A stretch of 64,000 nucleotides of DNA from an uncultured Solirubrobacterales bacterium (GCA_963701635.1 CAVPAU010000003.1:228303-292302), one strand, 5' to 3'. Counted from the first letter of the stretch, positions 18,856 to 29,059 are shown. Notes: generated by a model not told the origin, from the sequence alone. Program-made: numbers and translations.

Positions 18856-20148
18856 GTGCCTGCCTCGGGAAGACAGCCGATCAATGCCCCTCCGGGCGCA
18901 CCCGGCTCTTCCGGTGTGCCGTGGATCGGACTGGGAATACTCCTCGTCCTCGTCCTGATCCTCGCCGCCTTCATCGCCTACTTCTTCTTCGATGTCGGCG
19001 CCGACCCCGACGACCCGGTTGCGACGGTCGACAACGGCTCGGCGACTTCGCCCGGGGCCGCGCCGAGCGGCGAGGTCGAGGGTGCCGCGGTCAGCTCGCT
19101 CGGCTATCCGGTCGTGGCGACCCGCAATACGACCCGGATCAACGGTTCGGATCCGGTCGACATCTCGCTCGCCGCAGCCCTCGCCGCCTATCCGACCACC
19201 GGACCCGGCACACCGCCTTCGGCGGTCTCCGTCGTGGCCGACGACGACTGGCAGGCCGGACTCGTCGCGTCGAGCTTCAGCAAGCCACCGATCGGCGCTC
19301 CGATCCTGCTCGCGCCCTCCGGCACGCTCTCCGAGGACGGACTGAGCGTGGTCAACCAGCTCGAACCGAACGGATCGCCGACCACGGGTGGCAACGAAGT
19401 GTTCACTTTCGGCCGGGTCGCGCCGCCGTCGGACTTCGAGGTCCGGCAGGTCAAGGGGTCCGATCCGGCGACACTCGCGGTGAGGGCGGCAGAGCTCAAG
19501 GCGAGGCTCGAAGGCGGCCCGCCGGACGCCTTTGTCGTCGTTTCATCGGAAGCGCCGGAGTTCTCCACGCCCGCCGCAGCCTGGGCGGCCCGGTCCGGCG
19601 ACGTCGTCCTTTTCAGCGGTACCGACGAGGTGCCGCAGGTGACGATCGAGTTCCTCAGGAAGAAGGAGAACGCCGACGTGCCCGTCTTCGTCGTCGGTCC
19701 TCCGGAGGCGGTGTCGGCGGGGGCCGTCGAACGGCTCGGCAAGGTGTCCGACGGGATAGAACGCGTGGCGGCCGGCGACCCCGCGTCAAATTCGGTCGAG
19801 CTGGTCCGCTTCTCGAGCGGCCTCTTCGGCTGGAACCTGAACGACCCCGGTCACGGCTATACCGTCGCGAGGGCCGACCGCCCGATGGACGCGATAGCAG
19901 CGACGGCGCTGTCGACCGGCGGCACCTGGCCCGCCCTGCTGCTCACCGAGAGCAGCGGCGAGCTGCCCGAGCCCGTGCTCAACTACCTGCTCGACGTCAA
20001 GCCCGGATACGACACCGACCCGACCCGGGCGCTGTACAACCACGTCTGGATAATCGGGGACGAGTCGCTCATCGACGTCGACCAGCAGGCCGTGATCGAC
20101 GACGCAGCCGAACTGACTCCTGTAGAAACCCTGAACAGCACCCCCTGA
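18856..20148 (+). CDS. Membrane-anchored protein with three putative cell-wall-binding (CW_binding_2-like) repeats
   Basis: N-terminal TM WIGLGILLVLVLILAAFIAYFFF, then three repeats of the type V.RI.G.D....A.A.A...........VV...DDWQ..L.A. Start is uncertain: GTG 18856 chosen, with alternatives 18790 (overlaps lysA) and 18916. Confidence 0.55.
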   Translation: MPASGRQPINAPPGAPGSSGVPWIGLGILLVLVLILAAFIAYFFFDVGADPDDPVATVDNGSATSPGAAPSGEVEGAAVSSLGYPVVATRNTTRINGSDPVDISLAAALAAYPTTGPGTPPSAVSVVADDDWQAGLVASSFSKPPIGAPILLAPSGTLSEDGLSVVNQLEPNGSPTTGGNEVFTFGRVAPPSDFEVRQVKGSDPATLAVRAAELKARLEGGPPDAFVVVSSEAPEFSTPAAAWAARSGDVVLFSGTDEVPQVTIEFLRKKENADVPVFVVGPPEAVSAGAVERLGKVSDGIERVAAGDPASNSVELVRFSSGLFGWNLNDPGHGYTVARADRPMDAIAATALSTGGTWPALLLTESSGELPEPVLNYLLDVKPGYDTDPTRALYNHVWIIGDESLIDVDQQAVIDDAAELTPVETLNSTP

Positions 20149-20191
20149 GCCCCTCGATCGGAACTCAGCGAAGAATGGACGGAAGCCGATA

Positions 20192-20437
20192 ATGAGCGAA
20201 ACCGAACACCTCGGAGTACTGGACTCTGGCCGGCCGGTCACCCCGGAGGACATCCGAGAGCTGACCGGCGCCGTCACACCGCACTTCTCCCTCCAGATCC
20301 GCAACCGGGTCCGGCGCATGATCGAACCGCTCGCTCCCGACGATCCAGCGCGAATCGTCGGCGAGCGCGAGATCGCCAGGCTCGAGGCCCTCTCGCAGCA
20401 CAGCGGCCAGCCCCGGACTCCCGGAGACCCGACCTGA
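20192..20437 (+). CDS. Small hypothetical protein (81 aa)
   Basis: ATG start, strongly GC-biased third codon positions, tightly spaced upstream of the MBL hydrolase gene. No family recognised. Confidence 0.55.
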   Translation: MSETEHLGVLDSGRPVTPEDIRELTGAVTPHFSLQIRNRVRRMIEPLAPDDPARIVGEREIARLEALSQHSGQPRTPGDPT

Positions 20438-20450
20438 GACTCCTGCCGGC

Positions 20451-21116
20451 ATGAAGCAGGTCGCAGCCGGGGTCGAGCGGCTCGCCCAGCTCCCTCGACC
20501 CATCTTCAACGTCTATCTCGCCGGCGACGTGCTGTTCGACGCCGCGTCGACCTGGGACCGGAGGCGCGTGACCGGGCAGCTTGAGGGCAGGACGCTCTCG
20601 CTGATCGCGCTGACCCACGTCCACCCCGACCACCAGGGGCTGGCCGACCTGATCTGCACCGAGCGCGACATCCCGCTCGCCTGCCATGCCGACGACGTCG
20701 ACTTCATGGAAGGCCGCCGCGAGATCCAGGAAGGCATGCGGATGAACCCGCTGCTCGTACGCATACAGAAGTCCTGGACCGGCCCGCCGCACAAGGTCGA
20801 CCGCGTGCTGCACGAAGGCGATGAGGTTGGAGACTTCCGGGTGGTCCACGCCCCCGGGCACGCACCGGGCCAGGTGATCTACTTCCGCGACTGCGACCGG
20901 GTCGCGATCTGCGGCGACATCATCCGCAACATGAGCTTCGTGACCAGCCTGACCGGACTGCGCGAGCCACCCGACGTCTTTACCTACGACCCGGCCGAGA
21001 ACCGCCGCTCGATCCGCAAGCTGGCCGACCTCGACCCGTCGGTCATCCTGCCCGGCCACGGTCCCGAGGTCAACGACATGGCAGCCTTCGCGCGTTTCGT
21101 CGCCGGCCTCGGCTGA
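20451..21116 (+). CDS. MBL-fold metallo-hydrolase
   Basis: HxHxDH motif LTHVHPDHQG, later GHAPG and PGHG histidines. Confidence 0.85.
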   Translation: MKQVAAGVERLAQLPRPIFNVYLAGDVLFDAASTWDRRRVTGQLEGRTLSLIALTHVHPDHQGLADLICTERDIPLACHADDVDFMEGRREIQEGMRMNPLLVRIQKSWTGPPHKVDRVLHEGDEVGDFRVVHAPGHAPGQVIYFRDCDRVAICGDIIRNMSFVTSLTGLREPPDVFTYDPAENRRSIRKLADLDPSVILPGHGPEVNDMAAFARFVAGLG

Positions 21117-21248
21117 AGCTCGGGATCCGACGCGACGGGCCCCGCGGCCGGGTCCGGACTCCCCCATCCCGGCGACTGACTCCCTGAAGCTGCGTGGATC
21201 GTGTCCGTCCGCACCGGACCCGGCAGGATGGCATGTAGCCTGAACCGC

Positions 21249-22274
21249 ATGAGCGAAGAGAACCGCCGTTTCCTGCTGGCCGAGCGCCCCACGGGGCCCG
21301 TGGACGAAAATACCTATGACCTGGTCCGCGAGCCGGTTCCCGAGATCGGCGAAGGAGAAGCGCTGGTCAAGGTGAACAGCATCTCGATAGACCCGACAAA
21401 CCGGACCTGGATCGGCGAAGAACCGACCTACCTGCCGCCGGTCGCGATCGGAGAGGTGATGCGCGCGCTGGGCCTCGGCGAGGTCGTCGAGTCGAAGAAC
21501 GCGAGCTACCCCGTCGGCGCGCTGGTCAACGGCCTCACCGGCTGGCAGGACTACGTGGTCGTGAGCGACGAGATGCCGCTCATGGTCGTGCCCGAAGGCG
21601 TCGAGGCGACGCCCGCGCAGCTGCTCGGCACGATGGGCATGACCGGATGCACCGCCTATTTCGGCATGCTCGAGATCGGCGAGCCGAAGGAAGGCGACAC
21701 GGTCGTCGTCTCGGCGGCGGCAGGTGCCGTCGGCTCGGTCGCCGGGCAGCTGGCGAAGATGAAGGGCGCGCGCGTGGTCGGCATCGCCGGCGGTCCCGAG
21801 AAATGCAGCTTCATCACCGACACGCTCGGCTTCGATGCCGCCGTCGACTACAAGGCCGACGACTGGCGCGCGCAGCTGAAGGCGGCGACGCCGGACGGAA
21901 TCGACGTCAACTTCGAGAACGTCGGTGGCGAGATCATGGAGGCGGTCATGGCACGCCTGAACGTCGGCGCGCGCATGGTTCTCTGCGGGCTGATCTCCGG
22001 CTACAACGAGACCGAACCACCTCCTGGTCCGCGCACCTTCGGCAACCTCCTGATCAAGAGGGTGAAGCTCCAGGGATTCATCATCCTCGACTATTACCCG
22101 CGATTCGGCGAGGCGATCAGGGACCTGTCGAAGTGGCTCGCGGAGGGGAAGATACGCTCCGAGGAAACCGTGGTCGAAGGCTTCGAAGAGCTGCCGAACG
22201 CGCTCAACATGCTCTTCGCGGGTGAGAACATGGGTAAGCTGGTCGTCCACATTTCAGACCCGTCCCTCTCGTGA
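21249..22274 (+). CDS. NADP-dependent medium-chain oxidoreductase (YncB/alkenal reductase-like)
   Basis: MSEENRRFLLAERPTG.. N-terminus and nucleotide-binding AAAGAVGSVAGQLAK. Start moved to ATG 21249. Confidence 0.82.
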   Translation: MSEENRRFLLAERPTGPVDENTYDLVREPVPEIGEGEALVKVNSISIDPTNRTWIGEEPTYLPPVAIGEVMRALGLGEVVESKNASYPVGALVNGLTGWQDYVVVSDEMPLMVVPEGVEATPAQLLGTMGMTGCTAYFGMLEIGEPKEGDTVVVSAAAGAVGSVAGQLAKMKGARVVGIAGGPEKCSFITDTLGFDAAVDYKADDWRAQLKAATPDGIDVNFENVGGEIMEAVMARLNVGARMVLCGLISGYNETEPPPGPRTFGNLLIKRVKLQGFIILDYYPRFGEAIRDLSKWLAEGKIRSEETVVEGFEELPNALNMLFAGENMGKLVVHISDPSLS

Positions 22275-22303
22275 GGGTCGGCAGAGCTAGACGAGAGGAT
22301 TCA

Positions 22304-23458
22304 ATGAAGCAGAGGGCAGGAAAGAACCCGCTCAGGACCATACTTCTGGCAATCGGGATCGCAGGGATCTCCCTGACGATCGCAGCCTGCGGCGGAGACG
22401 GCGGGCTGTCGGAAGGCAGCGAAGAGGCCACGGTCGCGACGGCCGGTGAGCAGACCGACAGCCTCAAGGTCTCGAACTGGCCGCTGTACATCGACAAACA
22501 GACGATCGGCGACTTCGAGAAGGAGACGGGGATCAAGGTCGAGTACGTCGAAGACGTCAACGACAACGACGAGTTCTTCGGCAAGGTCCAGCCCCTGTTC
22601 AGCCAGGGAGACTCGGGCGGGCGCAGCATAGTCGTGACCAGCGACTGGATGTCGAAGAAGATGCACGACCTCGGCTACGTCCAGAACCTCGACAAGGCCG
22701 AGCTCCCCGTGGTCGACGAGTTCATGATCGAAGACCTGAAGAATCCGACCTTCGACCCGAATCGCGACTTCACGGTCCCGTGGCAGTCGGGTATGACCGG
22801 CCTCGTCGTGCGCGAGGACCTCGCGCCCGACGTCAAGTCGATCAACGACCTCTGGGACCCCAAGTACAAGGGCAAGGTGACCGTGCTTCGTGAGATGCGC
22901 GACACGATCCCGATGATGCTGAAGGCCGACGGGATCGACCCCGCCGACGCGACCACGGAGGACTGGCTGGAGCAGATCGACAAGCTCGACTCGTATGTCC
23001 AGAACGGCCAGATCCGGCAGTTCACCGGCAACAACTACATCCAGGACCTGGCCAAGGGAACGGTCGTCGCGGCGATCGGGTGGTCCGGCGACGCGGTCCA
23101 GGCCCAGTTCGACAACAAGAACATCCAGTACGTACAGCCGACCGAAGGCTGTGCGCTGTGGTCGGACAACATGATGATCCCCGCGGGGGCACCCGATACG
23201 GCCGCCGCATACGAGTTCATGAACTACGTATACGAGCCGAAGAACATGGCCCAGATCGTCGAATGGGTCAACTACATCAGCCCGGTGAAGGGGGTCAAGG
23301 AGATCCTCACCAAGAAGGACCCCGCACTTGCCGACAACGAGCTGATCTTCCCTTCGGAGGAATACCTGTCCAACTGCTTCACGCAGGACTCTCCTCCGGG
23401 CGATGACGAGGCCGTCAAGGAAGTCGAGAACGCCTTCCAGAACGTGGTCAACGGCTAG
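22304..23458 (+). CDS. Polyamine (spermidine/putrescine) ABC-transporter substrate-binding lipoprotein, PotD/PotF-like; no cognate permease or ATPase adjacent
   Basis: Lipobox LTIAACGG; SNWPLYID.., GNNY.. and WSDNMMIP motifs are typical of PotD-type SBPs. Confidence 0.8.
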   Translation: MKQRAGKNPLRTILLAIGIAGISLTIAACGGDGGLSEGSEEATVATAGEQTDSLKVSNWPLYIDKQTIGDFEKETGIKVEYVEDVNDNDEFFGKVQPLFSQGDSGGRSIVVTSDWMSKKMHDLGYVQNLDKAELPVVDEFMIEDLKNPTFDPNRDFTVPWQSGMTGLVVREDLAPDVKSINDLWDPKYKGKVTVLREMRDTIPMMLKADGIDPADATTEDWLEQIDKLDSYVQNGQIRQFTGNNYIQDLAKGTVVAAIGWSGDAVQAQFDNKNIQYVQPTEGCALWSDNMMIPAGAPDTAAAYEFMNYVYEPKNMAQIVEWVNYISPVKGVKEILTKKDPALADNELIFPSEEYLSNCFTQDSPPGDDEAVKEVENAFQNVVNG

Positions 23459-23482
23459 AGCCCCTGCGCGGCACCGGCGTCA

Positions 23483-23506
23483 GGCCCTCCACAGACCCGG
23501 AGGGCC
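23483..23506. terminator. Hairpin between convergent genes (8-bp GC stem, 8-nt loop)
   Basis: GGCCCTCC-acagaccc-GGAGGGCC, lying between the SBP stop (23458) and the hydrolase stop (23561). No U-tract. Confidence 0.35.
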
Positions 23507-23560
23507 GGCGCCGTTGCCGCCGCGCGCCCGAAGCTGCACCGCGGCCGGGCGACTTCCGGC

Positions 23561-24415
23561 TCAGCCGAAGGGCAGGTCGGCCGAGACAAGCATCGGCTCG
23601 CGGATGCTCGACTCGGTCCATTCGGATATCCAGTCGAGGGTCTCGCCCGGAGCCTCCTCCTGGGGATGGTGGCCGATGCCTTCGAGGATCTCGCTTTCGG
23701 CCCAGGGGAAGACGCTGAGCAGACCCTTCAGAGAGTACTTCGGCGGGACGAGCCGGTCGTGCTCCCCCCAGAGCCCTGCCACCGGACCCTCGTAGGGGCT
23801 TTCGCGGAAGCGCTCCTTCGACAGCTCTCGCAGCAGGTGCATTCCGTTCTTGATCCCCGGCACCATGTCCGCGCGGGTTTCAATCAGCCGGCGGATCAGG
23901 CCGTCCGAAGGGTCGTGGTGGTAGGAGAAGAGGTTCCGGTAGGTCAGGTTGACGAGCGGCCTGAAACGCATCGCGCGCGGTGCCGTCTGACCGAGCAGGA
24001 ACTCCATCTCCGGCCGGGCGAGCAGTTGGGCCAGCGGGATGCGGCTGTAGCCGGCCGGCGAAATGACCAGCAGCGCGCGAACGCTGTCGGGCTGCCGAGC
24101 AGCGAGAGCCGAGGCCAGCGCTCCGCCGAGCGAATGGCCGAGCAGGAACGAGCTGTCGATCTCGAGCTTCTTCAGCGCCCGGTCGAACAGGCCTTGCCAT
24201 TTCCAGATGTCGTCACCGGCGAGCGAGCTTTGTCCGAAACCGGGCAGGTCGAAAGCGAACGTCGGACGGGAGATCGAACGCGCGAACGGGTCCCAGCTTT
24301 CGGCACAGTCCATCAGGCCGTGGAGCATGATCACCGGATGACCGCGGCCGGAGGTGCGCCGGAAGGTCAGCGTGGTCCGGCCTACGGTGATCTCTTCTTC
24401 GAAGATCTTGCTCAT
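23561..24415 (-). CDS. Alpha/beta-fold hydrolase
   Basis: Start at ATG 24415 (MSKIFEEEITV..). HPVIMLHG oxyanion motif and nucleophile elbow GHSLGG. Confidence 0.85.
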   Translation of the reverse strand: MSKIFEEEITVGRTTLTFRRTSGRGHPVIMLHGLMDCAESWDPFARSISRPTFAFDLPGFGQSSLAGDDIWKWQGLFDRALKKLEIDSSFLLGHSLGGALASALAARQPDSVRALLVISPAGYSRIPLAQLLARPEMEFLLGQTAPRAMRFRPLVNLTYRNLFSYHHDPSDGLIRRLIETRADMVPGIKNGMHLLRELSKERFRESPYEGPVAGLWGEHDRLVPPKYSLKGLLSVFPWAESEILEGIGHHPQEEAPGETLDWISEWTESSIREPMLVSADLPFG

Positions 24416-24437
24416 CCGGCTTCCATCCAGCAGGCGG

Positions 24438-25475
24438 TCAGGCTGTCGCGGCTCCGCGGCCGAAGGTCTCGATGATTCGCTCGTTGTACTCGGAGATCTG
24501 TTCGTTCGGGATGAAGTACGTCGGCGCGCCCGGGAAAACCGCGTCGGCGAAAGGTGCGATCTCGGCGACCTTGGCCCGCACCTTGTCGGGTGTGCCGACC
24601 GCGCAGTAGTGCTCGACCATCTCGTCGGTGATCGCGCCCGCCACACCTTCGATGTCGCCTTTTCGGAACGCCGCGGCGGCGTCGGCCGCGTTCTGGGCGA
24701 AACCGTGGTGGTCGAAGAGCGGCAGATAGGTCTTGACCGTCGAGTAGAAGGCGAGAGTACGCCGGGCCGCATCGAGACCGCGCTCGTAATCGTCGTCGAT
24801 CGCGACGCAGATACTGGGCAGGAAGGTGAAGTCCCCGCGCTCGCGGTCCGAGCGCGACAGGCCGAGTTCGAAGTTCGGGACGATCACCTCTTCGATCCAG
24901 CTGGCCGAGCAGATCAGGTGGCCGATCAGGCCGTCGGCGACATCACCGGCCATCCGGCACATGCCCTTCTGCACGGCCGCCGTGTAAATCGGGATCTCGG
25001 CCCGGACCGGAGGCGTGGAGCGGAACCAGCCCTTGATGTCGATGTCGTAGTACTCGCCCTTGAAGGCGGCCGGCTCACCGGCCGCGGCGGCACGGATGAT
25101 CTCCCGCACCGCCTGGATCGTCTCGCGCAGGTGCGGAGCCGGCCGGCCGTAGTCGGCGTTGTGCCAGGTCTCGATCAGCCGTTTGACGCCGGGTCCCAGT
25201 CCGAGCCGGAAGCGACCTCCCGAGATCTCGTCGATGTCCATCGCGCTCATCGCCATGGTCATCGGGCTCCTCACGAAGCCCCACGCGATCGAAGTCCCGA
25301 TATCGGCCTTCTCTGTCTGGCTGGCCAGCCACGTGGTCTGGGTGAATGCGTTGCGGAAGAGCTCGATCGCCCAGATCGAGTCGAAGCCGGCCTGCTCGGC
25401 TCTCTGGGCCATTCCGGCCATGTCCGCAGGCGTATCCCCCATCGCCCCGATCGCGACGCGATCCATTGCGCTCAT
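24438..25475 (-). CDS. LLM-class (luciferase-like) flavin/F420-dependent oxidoreductase
   Basis: AEQAGFDSIWAIELF.. N-terminus and TIM-barrel LLM pattern; 345 aa. Confidence 0.8.
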   Translation of the reverse strand: MSAMDRVAIGAMGDTPADMAGMAQRAEQAGFDSIWAIELFRNAFTQTTWLASQTEKADIGTSIAWGFVRSPMTMAMSAMDIDEISGGRFRLGLGPGVKRLIETWHNADYGRPAPHLRETIQAVREIIRAAAAGEPAAFKGEYYDIDIKGWFRSTPPVRAEIPIYTAAVQKGMCRMAGDVADGLIGHLICSASWIEEVIVPNFELGLSRSDRERGDFTFLPSICVAIDDDYERGLDAARRTLAFYSTVKTYLPLFDHHGFAQNAADAAAAFRKGDIEGVAGAITDEMVEHYCAVGTPDKVRAKVAEIAPFADAVFPGAPTYFIPNEQISEYNERIIETFGRGAATA

Positions 25476-25720
25476 GTCGAGCAGGCTATAGGTCGGTCCG
25501 GAGGCTGCGGACGGGGCAACTCACGGATCCACGTTGCGGGAAAACCGCGGCCTCCGGTGCCCGAGGGCGCGCCTGTTTGGCGCGGTCCTCGATGAAGACC
25601 GGCCCGGGGGCGATCGTGACGGTCATGGCCGGCACGATCGCCCCGCAGGGCCGCGAATGGGCATGCCGCCGTCGCCTTCGAGGACCCGCGGACTCCGGGC
25701 CACAGCGGCGACGTCGTCGG

Positions 25721-26893
25721 TCAGACGCGCTCGACCAGCGTTCCGGTGCCGATGCCGCCGCCGCAGCACATCGTCACGAGGCCGATCTGCTTGTCGTCGC
25801 GCTCCATCTCGTGCAGCAGTGTGGTCAGCAACCGGGCGCCGGTCGAACCGAGCGGGTGGCCGATCGCGATCGCACCGCCGTTGACATTGACCTTGTCCAT
25901 GTCCGGGTTCAGCTCGCGCTGCCAGGCCACGACCACCGACGCGAAGGCCTCGTTGATCTCGACCAGGTCGATGTCGTCCATGGTCATCGAGTTGCGCTCG
26001 AGCAGCTTGCGGGTAGCCGGGATCGGGCCGGTCAACATCATCACCGGGTCGACGCCGACGGCGGTCTGGTCGAGGATCTTCGCCCGCGGCGTGAGACCGA
26101 GCTCGTCGGCCTTCTCGCGCGTCATCAGCAGGATGGCCGCGGCGCCGTCGGAGACCTGCGAGGCATTGCCGGCGGTCACCTTGCCGTCCTCCTTGAAGAC
26201 GGTCTTCAGCCCGGCGAGGGCCTCCATGCTGGTGCCGGGACGGATGCCCTGGTCGGTCGTGTAGGTGTCGCCGTTTACCGACACCGGAATGATCTCGCGC
26301 TCGAAGCGGCCCTCCTCCGTGGCCTGGTGGGCACGGGCGTGGGACTGGACGCCGAGCGCATCGAGTTCCTCGCGGGAGATGTCCCACTTCTCGGCGATCA
26401 TCTCGGCCGAGAGCCCCTGGTTGACCAGGTTGTACTGCTTCATCAGCTCGGGTGAGTAGCCGAAGCCGTACTCCTCCATGACCTTGTAGCTGTCGGCGAA
26501 GGAGATGTGGCCCATGTGCTCGACGCCGCCGCCGATCATCACGTCGTGGACTCCGGAGGCGATCATCGCCGCGGCGTAGTTGACCGCCTGCTGGGCGGAC
26601 CCGCACTGGCGGTCGATCGTGGTCGCCGGGGTCTCGATCGGGAAGCCGGCCTCGAGCCAGGCGTTGCGACCGATGTTGAGGCTCTGCTCGCCGAACTGCT
26701 GGACGCAGCCTGCGACGACGTCCTCGACCTCTGCGGGGTCGATTCCTGCGCGGTTGATCAGCTCCCTGTAGGCATGGGCCAGCAGGTTCGAGGGGTGGAG
26801 GTCCTTGTAGTAGCCCTTCTCCTTGTGACCGCGGCCTACCGGGGTACGGACTGCCTCAACGATGACGACTTCGCGTCCGCCAAACTTGCTCAT
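25721..26893 (-). CDS. Acetyl-CoA C-acetyltransferase (thiolase)
   Basis: Active-site TIDRQCGSAQQA, NVNGGAIAIGHPLGSTG and MCCGGGIG motifs. Confidence 0.93.
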   Translation of the reverse strand: MSKFGGREVVIVEAVRTPVGRGHKEKGYYKDLHPSNLLAHAYRELINRAGIDPAEVEDVVAGCVQQFGEQSLNIGRNAWLEAGFPIETPATTIDRQCGSAQQAVNYAAAMIASGVHDVMIGGGVEHMGHISFADSYKVMEEYGFGYSPELMKQYNLVNQGLSAEMIAEKWDISREELDALGVQSHARAHQATEEGRFEREIIPVSVNGDTYTTDQGIRPGTSMEALAGLKTVFKEDGKVTAGNASQVSDGAAAILLMTREKADELGLTPRAKILDQTAVGVDPVMMLTGPIPATRKLLERNSMTMDDIDLVEINEAFASVVVAWQRELNPDMDKVNVNGGAIAIGHPLGSTGARLLTTLLHEMERDDKQIGLVTMCCGGGIGTGTLVERV

Positions 26894-27025
26894 CGAAAAC
26901 CTTTCGTAATGAATCCGGATCGGTCGCCCGGCCCTGCCGGGCGACTGGGAACTTGTCGTGAGGATACCTGATTGATTGGTCAGTCAAGGGCAGTCTGCTG
27001 CTCCGAAAATCCGTAGGGTGAAGCC

Positions 27026-27853
27026 ATGGAAGTGAATCCCCACCCGGAGATGGCGGTCGCCGGCAGTGGTGCCATCGCGACCGGCCTGGCCGCGCTCGCT
27101 TCGGCCGGGAGCGAGCGGGTCTGGCTGCTGGCCCGCAGCGAACGATCGGCCGAGAGGGCGAGGGACGAACTCCAGTCGGCCTGCCCCCGGGTCGACGGCG
27201 GGGACTTCAACCGGATCCGGGTCACGACCGATGCCGACGACCTGGCCGATGCCTCGCTCGCCGTCGAAGCCGTCGTCGAGGACGCGGAGGCGAAGGCGGC
27301 AGTCCTGAGAAGACTGGCCGAGGCGGCCCCCGGGGCCGATCTCGCGACCACCACGTCCTCCCTTTCGGTGTCGGGGCTCGCGGAGGCCAGCGACCAGACC
27401 GGGCGCCTCTTCGGGCTTCATGTCTTCAATCCCGTGCCGGTGATGAGGCTGGTCGAGATATGCATTCCGGAAGGGACGGAACCGGGCATCGGCGGGCGGG
27501 CGGCGCAGTGGTGCCGAAGCGCCGGCAAGACGCCGGTGAACGTCCCCGATACGGCGGGTTTCGTGGTCAACCGGCTGCTGTTCCCCTACCTCTTCGACGC
27601 GGTCCGCCTCCAGGAGCGCACCGGCATGCCGGCCAACGACGTAGACACGTGCATGTCGCTGGGCCTGGCCCATCCGATGGGTCCGCTGGCGCTGCTCGAC
27701 CTGATCGGCCTCGACGTCGCTGTGGCGATAAGCGACGCACTGTACGCCGAATCGGGAAACCCCGAGCACCAGGCTCCCGCGTCCGTCAGGGCCATGATCG
27801 CGGCCGGCGATCTCGGCCAGAAGTCAGGCCGCGGTTTCCACGACTACTCCTGA
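27026..27853 (+). CDS. 3-hydroxyacyl-CoA (3-hydroxybutyryl-CoA) dehydrogenase
   Basis: VAGSGAIATGLA Rossmann motif, GFVVNRLLFPY, HPMGPLALLDLIGLD; divergent from the thiolase gene. Confidence 0.88.
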   Translation: MEVNPHPEMAVAGSGAIATGLAALASAGSERVWLLARSERSAERARDELQSACPRVDGGDFNRIRVTTDADDLADASLAVEAVVEDAEAKAAVLRRLAEAAPGADLATTTSSLSVSGLAEASDQTGRLFGLHVFNPVPVMRLVEICIPEGTEPGIGGRAAQWCRSAGKTPVNVPDTAGFVVNRLLFPYLFDAVRLQERTGMPANDVDTCMSLGLAHPMGPLALLDLIGLDVAVAISDALYAESGNPEHQAPASVRAMIAAGDLGQKSGRGFHDYS

Positions 27854-27855
27854 GT

Positions 27856-28134
27856 TCAGGCCAGGGCGCTGATCTCGGCGGCCAACTCGAAATCGGCCGC
27901 GGTGAGGCCGCCTTCCGAATGGGTCGAGATCGAGACGGTCACCTTGTTCCACGAGATCGCGACGTCCGGGTGGTGGGCCATGCGCTCCGCGGGCTCGACC
28001 AGGGCGTCGACGAAGCTGACCGAGCCGACGAAGTCATCGAACTTGAATTCGCGCACGATCTCGTCGCCGTCGCGGCGCCAGCCTTCGAGGGTCTCGAGGC
28101 TCTCGGAGATCTGGTCGTCATCTAGAAGTGCCAT
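27856..28134 (-). CDS. 4a-hydroxytetrahydrobiopterin (pterin-4-alpha-carbinolamine) dehydratase
   Basis: 92 aa with the HHPDV..W..V...L.TH motif (HHPDVAISWNKVTVSISTHSEGGLT). Confidence 0.85.
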   Translation of the reverse strand: MALLDDDQISESLETLEGWRRDGDEIVREFKFDDFVGSVSFVDALVEPAERMAHHPDVAISWNKVTVSISTHSEGGLTAADFELAAEISALA

Positions 28135-28165
28135 GTGCTCATGCTAGCCGCATTCCGACGGTTCC

Positions 28166-29044
28166 TCAGAACGGCAGTGCGAGGCGGCCGGAGGCCAGCT
28201 GCTCGCTGAAGGTCAGGGCCGGCTCCGACACCGCTACCGCCGCGAAGACCGAGACGACAGCGATGATCGCGAAGGATCCGTACTCGAGCAGCTTCGAGTT
28301 GGCACCGAGCCTGCCGCGCTCGCCGGCGACGATCAGCATTCCGCACAGCACGCCGCCGATCAGCCCGCCCAGGTGGCCGCCGATGCTGATCCCGGGAATC
28401 GCGAAGGTGATCAGCAGGTTGATGCCGAGGATGACGCCGATCTCGCGGGCCATCGTATTCATGCCCCTGCCGCGCGCCAGTATGAAGGTCGCGCCGAAGA
28501 TCCCGAAGACGGCTCCCGACGCTCCCACGGTGAGCACGAAGCTTCCGGAGAGCAGGATCGCCCCGAACGAACCGGCCAGCAGCGAAGCGAAGTAGACGGC
28601 GAGAAAACGCGCAGTGCCGATCGAGGGCTCCAGCACCCGGCCGAGGATGTAAAGGGCGAACATGTTGAAGCCGAGATGCATCAGCCCGGCATGGAGGAAG
28701 CCCCCGGTGACCAGTCGGTACAGCTCGCCGTCGGCGACGCCTGCGCCCAGCACTCCGAAGTCCGAAATCAGCGAGTTCGAGGTGCTGTTGAGACCGCCCG
28801 AACCGAGGGTCACCTCGAGCAGGTATGCGCCGACGCAGATGACGATCAGCGCGAACGTCGCCGGCGCACGATTGGCCGTGGATACGGCCGCTGGCCCGCT
28901 CGTGACCCTCGTCCGCTCCCTCGAGCACTCGGGGCAGCGCATGCCGACCGGGGTCGGAGTCATGCAGTCGGGGCAGATCGGGCGATCGCAGCTCGAGCAG
29001 GAGACACGTGTCTCGACATCGGGATGGCGGTAGCAATGGGCCAC
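28166..29044 (-). CDS. Rhomboid-family intramembrane serine protease with N-terminal zinc-ribbon
   Basis: Start at GTG 29044 (VAHCYRHPDVETRVSCSSCDRPICPDCM..CPEC). HxxxN-like region, GASGAVFG catalytic Ser and GGHLGG His motifs. Confidence 0.88.
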   Translation of the reverse strand: MAHCYRHPDVETRVSCSSCDRPICPDCMTPTPVGMRCPECSRERTRVTSGPAAVSTANRAPATFALIVICVGAYLLEVTLGSGGLNSTSNSLISDFGVLGAGVADGELYRLVTGGFLHAGLMHLGFNMFALYILGRVLEPSIGTARFLAVYFASLLAGSFGAILLSGSFVLTVGASGAVFGIFGATFILARGRGMNTMAREIGVILGINLLITFAIPGISIGGHLGGLIGGVLCGMLIVAGERGRLGANSKLLEYGSFAIIAVVSVFAAVAVSEPALTFSEQLASGRLALPF

Positions 29045-29059
29045 GGAGACGAACCCTAG

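Noticed and set aside
20274-22250. A 658-aa ORF on the minus strand.
   Set aside because: It runs antisense to the motif-supported MBL hydrolase and NADP oxidoreductase genes. Its Arg/Gly/Asp/His-rich composition is typical of shadow ORFs in GC-rich DNA, and no family motifs are present.
25476-25720. Possible small ORF or riboswitch in the 245-nt spacer between the thiolase gene and the LLM oxidoreductase gene.
   Set aside because: There is only a sub-60-codon ORF with no start context or homology, and I recognised no conserved RNA motif. The evidence is insufficient to call anything.
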